From contig CBDCTK010000002.1 of NCBI GenBank assembly GCA_965222225.1, forward strand, positions 2,880,001 through 2,944,000: 64,000 nucleotides of DNA, given 5' to 3'. How positions within the stretch are numbered: the first letter of the stretch is position 1; each line of letters opens with the position of its first letter. Below are positions 50,220-58,582 of the stretch, in pieces. The notes under the pieces are model-generated. The model worked only from the letters and a program-made list of their open reading frames with translations. It was not told the origin of the DNA and did no database searches. The translations under genes were made by a program, and so were the position numbers. Origin of the DNA: Candidatus Poribacteria bacterium. GTDB lineage: Bacteria; Poribacteria; WGA-4E; JAJDTR01.

Positions 50220-51515
50220 TCATTGATTTATCGTGTTCTCCGTCCGCTTCTCGACCACCTCACACCTCAACGCGCCGCGCGAGAGCCGAACGTCAAGCGC
50301 CTCGCCATCCTCCGTCTGCGACGCATCGGTAATCACTTCACCATTCTTACGCTGACAAACACTGTAACCCCGCGCCAGCGTCGCGATCGGATTCAACGCC
50401 GCCAACTGCGCCGACACGACCTTCCACTTCTCCATACCGGTATTGACGCGTTGCGCCGCAAGTTGCTTGAGGGGCGCGGCAAAACCGTCCAATTCGCCGC
50501 TTGCATCCGTCAGCCGCTGTTTCATCTCTCGATGGCTCTGCATCTCAAGCCGATCAATCGTTTGGTAAAACCGATTGATAGCATCTATCCGCTGACCGGG
50601 TACGATACGGTTGTCCATGTTTGACAATTCGGTTCGGGCGGAGGCGATACATGCCATTATACTTCGCTCAAGCCGAGCTTCAAAATTATAAACGTGCCGC
50701 CGAAGCTCTGCTCGATCCGGAACAATCAACTCGACCGCAGCCGACGGGGTTGGAGCGCGTTTGTCAGCCACGAAATCGGATATGGTGAAGTCCGTTTCGT
50801 GCCCGACAGCCGAAACGATGGGGATCTCCGAGGCAAAAATGGCGCGGGCGACAATTTCCTCGTTGAACGCCCACAAATCCTCAATCGACCCTCCACCTCT
50901 GCCGACGATTAGGAGATCGATACCCGAAAAGCGGTTCATTCGTTCGATCGCTCGCGCAATCATGGGCGCCGCCTCGTCTCCCTGCACAAGCGTCGGGCAC
51001 AGGACGACTTCGACCAATGGATACCTTTTGCTCAACATCCGGAGGATGTCTTGCACCGCAGCCCCTGTCTCCGACGTGATAACGCCAATCTTCCGAGGAA
51101 ACTCTGGCAACGGTTTTTTGTGGTCGGGATCGAACAACCCCTCCTCCGCAAGTTGCTCTTTGAGCCGTTCAAAAGCCAACTGCAGCGCGCCGACACCAGC
51201 AGGCTCCATCCGATCGCCGATAATCTGGTATTCCCCGCGTGCCTCATAGATACCAAGACGCCCATTCAGCAAAACCGCGTCTCCGTCTTTCGGGGGAAAT
51301 TTCAGTCGCATGGCGGCTTGACGAAACATAGCGCAACTTATCTGGCTTTGGTCGTCCTTCAGTTTGAAATAGATGTGCCCCGATCTCGGACGTGCAATGC
51401 CCGAAATCTCGCCCTCAATCCAGCAGTCTTGGAACCTCGGTTCCGACTCGACGACATTCCGCAGAATCGCCGTGATTTCACTAACGGTGTATGTCTTTTT
51501 ATCGGGAAACATCAT
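50220..51515 (-). CDS. xseA: Exodeoxyribonuclease VII large subunit
   Basis: GEIS, SGH.YF.LKD, RGGGSIEDLWAFNEE and SAVGHETD..D.RAPTPSAA motifs. Confidence 0.98.
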   Translation of the reverse strand: MMFPDKKTYTVSEITAILRNVVESEPRFQDCWIEGEISGIARPRSGHIYFKLKDDQSQISCAMFRQAAMRLKFPPKDGDAVLLNGRLGIYEARGEYQIIGDRMEPAGVGALQLAFERLKEQLAEEGLFDPDHKKPLPEFPRKIGVITSETGAAVQDILRMLSKRYPLVEVVLCPTLVQGDEAAPMIARAIERMNRFSGIDLLIVGRGGGSIEDLWAFNEEIVARAIFASEIPIVSAVGHETDFTISDFVADKRAPTPSAAVELIVPDRAELRRHVYNFEARLERSIMACIASARTELSNMDNRIVPGQRIDAINRFYQTIDRLEMQSHREMKQRLTDASGELDGFAAPLKQLAAQRVNTGMEKWKVVSAQLAALNPIATLARGYSVCQRKNGEVITDASQTEDGEALDVRLSRGALRCEVVEKRTENTINQ

Positions 51516-51659
51516 TGTGTTTTATTTTCATTAATATTTACATATATTGATTGCATGTTACGCGATTTGACAATTGAAGATTGCTGCGACAAACCATTTG
51601 CCTGTAGGAGCGATCAAAGGAATGAATAATGACTGCGATAGAGAACTCTATCGCGTTCC

Positions 51660-52460
51660 CTATTCGGTCACTTGATCCTCCAAAGGCACCCGAATCCGCT
51701 CAATGGACAGCGCCTTCCCCGTATCATCATCTACCTCAATCACGACGCCGCAAAGTATAACGTCCCTCTTCGCCACATTATGCCGTATCGGAAGCATGGT
51801 GGTGAAATGGTAGAGCACATCCTCTTTTCGGGTGCCGATGACGGAATCATGGGGGCCTGTCATTCCAACGTCGGTGATGTATGCCGTACCGCCCGGGAGA
51901 ACCCGCTCATCCGCGGTTTGAACGTGCGTATGCGTCCCAACCACCGCCGCCACCCGCCCGTCGGCGTGCCAGCCCATGGCTATCTTTTCGGCGGTTGCCT
52001 CCGCGTGGAAATCCAAAAACAGACAAGCAACCTTCTCCCGAATCTCGGGCAAAATCTCGTCAAGCGTTTGAAAGGGATTGTCGAACCCTCCCATATAGAC
52101 TTGACCGGCGATATTTATCACGCCTAGCCGGTCTCCGCAGGAATTTGAAACCACTGTCCAGCCGCAGCCGGGAGCGCTTTTCGGATAATTTGCGGGCCGC
52201 ACGAGATTCGACTGATTGTCTATGAACGTCAGAATTTCACGCTGCGCCCAAACATGGTTGCCGGTTGTAATCGCATGAACACCCGCCCCCGATAGCTCAT
52301 TAACAATCGCTTTTGTTAACCCTTTGCCTCCCGCGGCGTTCTCGCCGTTCACCACAGCGAAGCTGAAACGCCCGTAACGCTCCGACAGTAGTGGGAGCAG
52401 CGTCAAAACTGCTTTTCGCCCCGGCTGTCCGACAATATCTCCAACGAACAATATCTTCAT
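51660..52460 (-). CDS. ymdB: YmdB-like (TIGR00282-type) metallophosphoesterase
   Basis: GDIVG.PGR, NGENAAGG.G, GNH, DFHAEAT.EK, GTHTHV and TDVGMTG motifs. Confidence 0.94.
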   Translation of the reverse strand: MKILFVGDIVGQPGRKAVLTLLPLLSERYGRFSFAVVNGENAAGGKGLTKAIVNELSGAGVHAITTGNHVWAQREILTFIDNQSNLVRPANYPKSAPGCGWTVVSNSCGDRLGVINIAGQVYMGGFDNPFQTLDEILPEIREKVACLFLDFHAEATAEKIAMGWHADGRVAAVVGTHTHVQTADERVLPGGTAYITDVGMTGPHDSVIGTRKEDVLYHFTTMLPIRHNVAKRDVILCGVVIEVDDDTGKALSIERIRVPLEDQVTE

Positions 52461-52586
52461 AATAGTGATGCGTTGCAGAGGAATAGCAGAAACCGAGTTT
52501 TCAAGAAGAACAAGAAATCTCTATCGCACAGGATTTTCTATCGGGAGTTCTATCGCCTTCCTAATCCAGTCAGTTGATCGGTTTCG

Positions 52587-53099
52587 TCAAAGTTGATTCA
52601 AGGTAAAGACGGAGTTGAGCGAGCAGCCCAGCGCTTCAATCTTTTCACGCCCGCCCTGCTGCCGATCAATGGCGCACACGACATGCTCGACGACCAATTC
52701 CCGTTCCCGTATTTCGCCTACGGACTCGCACACCTGCCCCGCTGTCGTGATAACGTCCTCAATGACGACAACTCGGTCGCCCGGCTGAAATCCCCCCTCG
52801 ACGAGATTGCATGTCCCGTAGGTCTTCGCCTCTTTGCGCACGTATAGGCACGGCTTTCCAGTGCGCAGAGACAGCCCGGTCGCCAAGGGGACCCCGCCCA
52901 ACTCCAACCCCGCGAGCCTATCGAAAGCGTCGGGCAAAAGCGACTCCATTTCAGCCGCAAGAGCCGCCAATAAAGCGGGGTCGCTTTCAAATCGGTATTT
53001 GTCCCAGTAAAATGAACTAATCTTCCCCGATCTCAGCTTGAACTCCCCGGTCAAGTAGGAGACCTCTCTGATTTTGCTTGCAAGTTCCTGTTTGGTCAT
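52587..53099 (-). CDS. pyrE: Orotate phosphoribosyltransferase
   Basis: GEFKLRSG..S..Y.D, ELGGVP, VRKEAK.YG and VIEDVITT.G motifs; likely start is ATG 53099. Confidence 0.9.
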   Translation of the reverse strand: MTKQELASKIREVSYLTGEFKLRSGKISSFYWDKYRFESDPALLAALAAEMESLLPDAFDRLAGLELGGVPLATGLSLRTGKPCLYVRKEAKTYGTCNLVEGGFQPGDRVVVIEDVITTAGQVCESVGEIRERELVVEHVVCAIDRQQGGREKIEALGCSLNSVFTLNQL

Positions 53100-53242
53100 G
53101 TTCGAGTCTTGGTATTGAGACCTTGTTTGAATCATCTTCGATTTGACGATTGAAAAACCTACAAGAAATGGTGGGCAATGCCCACCCTACAGAAATACTG
53201 TTTGGTCATGGTCGAATCCGGTATTAAAGACAAGTGCAGACT

Positions 53243-54292
53243 CTAGGCAAAAACGTGTATCTCGGCTTTCGCCGACTCAGCGACCCGTCCCACCACGGCG
53301 GCTTCCGGGCAATCTCGCCCATGCAATTCCGCCACCGCCTCGGACGCCTCGGATTCCGGCACCGCAAATAGCAATCCGCCCGAGGTCTCGGCTTCCAGCA
53401 ACACATGGCGCATCTCCTCGGAAACCTCCGGATCGAACGTCACAACCCCATCCAAGAACTTGGTGTTGGCGGCGTAGGCGCGGGTATAGGTCTTCTTCTT
53501 GACCAACTGTGACGCGCCGTCAAAAACGGGAATCTTGTCGGCAAACAAATCCAGCCGAACGCCATTCCCTTGCGCCATTTCAAAACCGTGCCCGAGCAAT
53601 CCGAACCCCGTAATGTCGGTGCAGGCATGGGCGTTGTGCTGCTGCATCACCTCCGATGCCGAGGCGTTGAGCCGCGCCATCGACTCGACAATCTCCGGAA
53701 GAACAGTTTCACTGATTTTGTTGAACTTCAATCCTGTTGTAAGAATTCCGACACCGAGCCGTTTCGTGAGAATCAGGGCATCGCCCGGCTTCGCGCCGAA
53801 ATTCCTGACAATCCGATCCGGATGAATGACACCCGTCACGGCAAGCCCGTACATCAGTTCTTGGGAGGTCACGGTATGTCCGCCGAGACTCACCGCTTTC
53901 GCCTGCTTGACCTTATCGGCTCCGCCGCGCAACACATCGTGGAGGATGCCGAGATCGAGTTGATCCTTGGGCCAACAGGTGATGTTCAACGCGGTTTTGG
54001 GGATGCCCCCCATGCTATAGACATCGCTCAGCGAGTTGGTCGCGGCGATGGCGCCGTAGTCATACGGATCGTCGACGATCGGCGTAAAATAATCGGTGGT
54101 GTTGATGATGGCGAGCTCCTCGCTAAGCTGGTAGACGCCGGCGTCATCGGATGTCTCCGTGCCCACGAGCAGGTTCGGATCATCCATTGCGGGCAAACCG
54201 TCCAAAACCTGTGCCAGATCCCCCGGATCCAGTTTGGACGCTCAGCCGGCGCACTCAACCGTCTTCGTTAAGCGAATTTTCTTCTTCGTCAT
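53243..54292 (-). CDS. selD: Selenide, water dikinase SelD, selenocysteine-containing (in-frame TGA at codon 17)
   Basis: MTKKKIRLTKTVECAG-U-ASKLDPGDL is in frame with ORF 53243..54205, which has DDAGVY, TTDYFTPIVDDP, GGHT, TDITGFGLLGH and ETSGGLL motifs. Confidence 0.95.
54199..54240 (-). promoter_or_regulatory. Bacterial SECIS-like hairpin just 3' of the selD UGA
   Basis: CGUCCAAA-CUG-GAUCC-GG-GGAUC-UGGCA-CAG-GUUUUGGACG. Confidence 0.7.
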
Positions 54293-54310
54293 TAGCCTAA
54301 AAGCCCTTTC

Positions 54311-54871
54311 CTAATCCTGATGTTTCGGGGTACCAAAGAGAGTCTCCACGCTGTCCCTAAACTGTTGAAAAATCGTTCCCTCCCGTTGACAATCCGGTTG
54401 GTTGCACAAACTTGCCGCCAGTTCGCGGTAGTACCATTCCTGCGCGCCCTTCCCCCTGCTAAAACGATCCCAAACATCGTCCCCGACAACCTCGTAATCT
54501 GCAATGATTGTCAGAAGATTATGAAGTTTATCGGCGCAAGTAACCGTACGCACCTCCAAGGGAGCGGTTTTCAAGAATTTCACCGTATGCTGCTTCCGCT
54601 GCTCCCAAGGCAACGACTTTTCCGGTTCCGAACACCCTTGCACAATCTGCGCGACGTTCCCGCCGAACTTCTCGCGGATATAGTCGACCGTAAGAGAGGT
54701 GTCTTCAACGGTATCGTGAAGAATTCCCGCGACAACAAGCTCCTCGGAACAACCCGCGTCCGAGAGGATACGCGCCACGGCGCGCGGATGGGAAATATAT
54801 GGGATGTCACTGCCCTTGCGGAACTGACCGCGATGCGCCTCCTCGGCGACTTCAATGGCAACATCAATCAT
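54311..54871 (-). CDS. HD-domain protein, small alarmone hydrolase/Mesh1-like
   Basis: AH.GQ.RK....PYI.HP, LHDTVEDT and ADKLHN motifs. Confidence 0.88.
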   Translation of the reverse strand: MIDVAIEVAEEAHRGQFRKGSDIPYISHPRAVARILSDAGCSEELVVAGILHDTVEDTSLTVDYIREKFGGNVAQIVQGCSEPEKSLPWEQRKQHTVKFLKTAPLEVRTVTCADKLHNLLTIIADYEVVGDDVWDRFSRGKGAQEWYYRELAASLCNQPDCQREGTIFQQFRDSVETLFGTPKHQD

Positions 54872-55242
54872 CTTTTGTCCACCGCGCATAGGGGCAGATA
54901 TCCTTTCCACAACTCCGGTCGGGGCGACACCCATTTACAAACAGGTTGGAATCAATAACAACCGAAAATTCGTCTATTTAAGAATAATAACATATTGGCA
55001 GGGGAGCGTCAAGCGATTGCCGTCAGCGCCTAGGGCAATCGCATTTGATATTTAGGATGGGAGGACGGAAGACGGGAAAACAGGAACTTGAGCCACGGAT
55101 TAGTGGATAGTACGTACGGACGACAGAGGAATTGAAATGAAGAAATTCAAGAAGAGAGAACGAGGAAAATTGGGGATTTGATGATTGGAACTCGCACCTT
55201 TCGTTGTACCAGCCGCTTGATCGCTATTCCCTACAGTCCCCA

Positions 55243-55340
55243 TCAAAATACATTAGCTGCAAACACCAAATCAAACACATTGACAACCCCATCCCCGTTC
55301 ACGTCGATGCCCGCTTCATCCTCCCGAACCCCTGGGCCAT
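55243..55340 (-). pseudogene. Orphan dockerin C-terminal fragment (MAQGFG, frameshift, EDEAGIDVNGDGVVNVFDLVFAANVF*)
   Basis: Direct translation of the minus strand; abuts the family-D element end. Confidence 0.75.
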
Positions 55341-55506
55341 TGTCTGAATCGCAGGATTTGCTATCGCGCTCATTATTCATTCGCTTGATCGTCTTTGATT
55401 CAACCGGCGTCAGTTGCCTAATTATGTGTATGCGTTGGCTTCTGGATTCCCAAACTGTCGTGGATTAAAGATCACCCGCTTTTAATCTGCGCAATCTGTG
55501 TAATCC
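55341..55506 (-). mobile_element. Family-D MITE-like element, partly eroded
   Basis: Shares the core and the GATTCAGACA end with 30925-31182. Confidence 0.65.
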
Positions 55507-55563
55507 GAACATCTTGGCGCGCTAGCGATTCAATTTGCTTTCAAAACGATGAAACTAAATCCT

Positions 55564-56550
55564 CTATTTCGGAACATACTCTACTAATCCGGCGTTTTGC
55601 AGGGCTTCGCGGATTCGGGTGCGGTCTTTTGGTGTAAATTGCCTGTTTTTCACAGGGGTCATCGGCGATCCCTTTGCAAGCCAATCGTTCCGACGTTGAA
55701 TAGCGAGGTTGTAACTCATCTCGTCTGGAAAACGAGTTAATATCATAGCGGAACGCCTACGTGCACGATCCAAGTTTGGGTCGGATGGCGGGGCGGGATG
55801 TGATATGATATCGATTAGGGGGCGAATCACGCGTCTATCAAGCGTAAAATCCAAGCACTCAAGAAAAAACATAGCTTCGCCCTTTCCTCCGTTCTTTTCT
55901 ATCTCATCTTCTAGCATCTGGATGAGGATGGCGATTCCCTCACCACCGGCATACCCCAGTCCAAAAAGCGCCCCGTTCGTAACATGATACCCATAGTTTC
56001 CATAATAGTTGATGCGCGCGCGCGAGCTGTGTTCAGTCGGACGCTCAGCCAACACGGCCTTCAGGGCGGGAACCGCCGCTTCGCCTGCCAATATTGCTAG
56101 ATCAATGGCTGCTGTCTTCCTCACTCGCCAAGACGTATCATTTTGCAACGAATCGGTGATAACATCTATCGCCTCGCGATTGCGTGAATAGCCCAAGAGT
56201 GTAATGGCGCGTTGTCTAACTTCATGAGAGTCATCATTCAGGGCAGCGGCTAACAGCTTGACTGTTCCCGATGAGAGAAATACGTTGCCCGTCATCGCCA
56301 AAGCGTCAAAGGCTCTGTCATACAGCGTTTCCTCATGAAGATTGCGAGCAACGATCCTCAGGTCAACTGTTTGAAGGGACCGCCCGGGCCACTGGTAACT
56401 AATAACATCGACCTGCACGGGATGTTCTCGATCCGATGTCTCCGTTTCTTGAGAATGCAGATTAAAAACACCTATTACGGTCAACATACAGCAGGTTGAA
56501 AAGAAACTAAGAACGCAGTGGCGGAATGCAGAGAATTTGACGCTCATCAT
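55564..56550 (-). CDS. Exported HEAT/PBS-lyase-like repeat protein
   Basis: Signal peptide; LNDDSHEVRQRAITLLG and LQNDTSWRVRKTAA.DL repeats; AAGGAG RBS. Confidence 0.8.
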   Translation of the reverse strand: MMSVKFSAFRHCVLSFFSTCCMLTVIGVFNLHSQETETSDREHPVQVDVISYQWPGRSLQTVDLRIVARNLHEETLYDRAFDALAMTGNVFLSSGTVKLLAAALNDDSHEVRQRAITLLGYSRNREAIDVITDSLQNDTSWRVRKTAAIDLAILAGEAAVPALKAVLAERPTEHSSRARINYYGNYGYHVTNGALFGLGYAGGEGIAILIQMLEDEIEKNGGKGEAMFFLECLDFTLDRRVIRPLIDIISHPAPPSDPNLDRARRRSAMILTRFPDEMSYNLAIQRRNDWLAKGSPMTPVKNRQFTPKDRTRIREALQNAGLVEYVPK

Positions 56551-56598
56551 GACAAGGCTCCTTATTTGGCGTACGTGATTGGCAACCTAATTTTATCC

Positions 56599-57897
56599 TT
56601 ATGGCTTGGGATATTTCCAATTAATTACTTTCCCTTGGAGATAATTGTCAGGTTCGTATTTCATCACTGTTGCCGCTATGAACCAGTAAGTATCGGTAAG
56701 CCAAATCTCAACAAAACGTCGAAATGCATCTTCGCCGACAGAAGGGGCGCCGATGAGTCGTGCGGCTTGTGCTTCAGGATCATCGGGCGTCCCCTTTTGG
56801 ACGACGTGATGATAGAAGTAGGAGTAGTGGCTGTCGATGTGTAAATCTTTTGGCCCCGTAAAACCTTCATGCTTCTTGACAGCCGGTTCTATGTCGCTAT
56901 AGTTCACTTCGTCGGGCTTTCCGGGCACTGTAGCTAGGTCGCCTTGAGCATTCTTGAAATTAATCCAACTCTGAGGCCAATTTGCTTGTGCCATGCCGAA
57001 ATGTCTGTTGATTCTAATATGTATCGGCATCTCTACGCTGAGACCGGTTACATACCTTAAACCTTGATTGGGGCCAGAGTCTACACGGGCTGATTCAACA
57101 TTATACGCGCGATTGCTTATTGTGGTGTCCGCATTTCCCAAATCATTCTCCTCCCTTGGTTCTGCCTTGCCCCAAGTGGTTGTATCCGTAGAAAAGGGAA
57201 TGTCTGTCTCCCATCCGCTTCTGTCGTCAACATCAACAGATTTGGACGCAGAAACTTTCGTGTTGTTAACGGTTGCAGTAACCTCTATCGTACTACTGCT
57301 AACCATTATTCCACGCCACGTTGGGATTGGTCCTGTATTTTCCGTGATAGTTGTTTCCTCATGGGTAATGCTTGGATGTACACTCTTGGTGAATTTGGTT
57401 ACACTTTTCCAGTTAAACTTGGGATTAAGGTTTGACGGACTTGCGGTTGCAGTGAAAGTCGCGGTTCCGCCTCTTGTGACCGAGTCGGGGCCGACCAGAG
57501 AAAGTTTTAAAACCGTGACTTCCATCGTATCTATACTTATCAACCCATCATTATCCGTCACGGTCAGAGTGACGTTGTATATGCCCGGCGAAGTGTAGGG
57601 GTGCGATGGCGTTTCGCCAGTGCCTGTCGAACCGTCGCCGAAATTCCATGTGTAGGTTAACGTCCCGCCATCGGGGTCATGCGAATTTGAGCCGTTGAAC
57701 TGGACCTTTGCCTCGCCAGTATTCGGGTCAATAGGGACAACCTGATCCGGGGCCGCATCTGCTACCGGCGGCATTCCACTCGGGGAGGGGGTGTATCCGT
57801 TGTAGGGAGTACCACTTCCTCCACTGGATCGGGTGTTATAACGGCGTCTAGTCGCCGCCATTGTTTGACTGAGCGAGGTGTGTCGAGATCTATTCAT
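56599..57897 (-). CDS. PKD-domain protein with uncharacterised C-terminal domain
   Basis: PPVADA..F.GS.S.DPDG..LTY.W.FGDG...H.Y..PG.Y.V.LTVTD PKD motif; AAAGGA RBS. Confidence 0.82.
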   Translation of the reverse strand: MNRSRHTSLSQTMAATRRRYNTRSSGGSGTPYNGYTPSPSGMPPVADAAPDQVVPIDPNTGEAKVQFNGSNSHDPDGGTLTYTWNFGDGSTGTGETPSHPYTSPGIYNVTLTVTDNDGLISIDTMEVTVLKLSLVGPDSVTRGGTATFTATASPSNLNPKFNWKSVTKFTKSVHPSITHEETTITENTGPIPTWRGIMVSSSTIEVTATVNNTKVSASKSVDVDDRSGWETDIPFSTDTTTWGKAEPREENDLGNADTTISNRAYNVESARVDSGPNQGLRYVTGLSVEMPIHIRINRHFGMAQANWPQSWINFKNAQGDLATVPGKPDEVNYSDIEPAVKKHEGFTGPKDLHIDSHYSYFYHHVVQKGTPDDPEAQAARLIGAPSVGEDAFRRFVEIWLTDTYWFIAATVMKYEPDNYLQGKVINWKYPKP

Positions 57898-58280
57898 CGT
57901 AGTCTGAAATCCTTTCGTTCCGTTTTAGAGTCCGTTTGTAGATTTATTTCGAAGAAAAATATATCTTTAGATAGTCCTAATTTTCTTACGTATTAGACCT
58001 GATGCCGTACAGCTCAATATAGCGTAATAAGATCTCGGTTGATTGTTGGCTTGATTCTCCAATCTTCACAGCATAATCATACCTTGTAAAAAGTCATTTT
58101 TCAATCAGAAATAGTTAATATATGTTAAGTATTATATAATTAAGCCTGCTTCATAGGACATAGACAATTCCTCGCTTGGGTTTCCGGTGGTCCCTGCCCA
58201 CTGTCTTTCTCGCCCTTCCATCCTTCCACCAGCCAGCTAACCCTATACAAAAAAAGCCCGCCAGCGGCGTCATGAGAAAC

Positions 58281-58368
58281 AGTGATGAGTGACCAGTTGC
58301 CAGTGTCCAGTAAAAGCCAAACATTTTCTTGCCGTTACTGACCACCAACCACTGACCACAAGCCACTG
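58281..58368. repeat. Inverted pair of 7-nt-period tracts (CAGTNNC / ACTGACC)
   Basis: GAGTGAC-CAGTTGC-CAGTGTC-CAGT versus ACTGACC-ACCAACC-ACTGACC-ACAAGCC-ACTG. Confidence 0.65.
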
Positions 58369-58437
58369 GGTTTCTAAGACTTCCACTAACGGGCTTGTCT
58401 TTCTTCCACACCCTATGGTTATTACCGTGAACTGAAG

Positions 58438-58582
58438 AGAAACTCTATCGATCAACTGAGTGAATAACGAAGGATTAAGCGAATGAATAATGAGCGCGAT
58501 AGTGAATCCTGATAGAAAGTCCTACTCCCTATTCAGTCGCTTGAGGGATTTACTATCGCCTTCGCTATCCGCTCAGTTGATC
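58438..58582. repeat. Cluster of nested and truncated family-A elements in both orientations
   Basis: Multiple TATCG heads and TTGATC/TTGA tails; the last copy abuts the stop codon at 58583. Confidence 0.75.
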
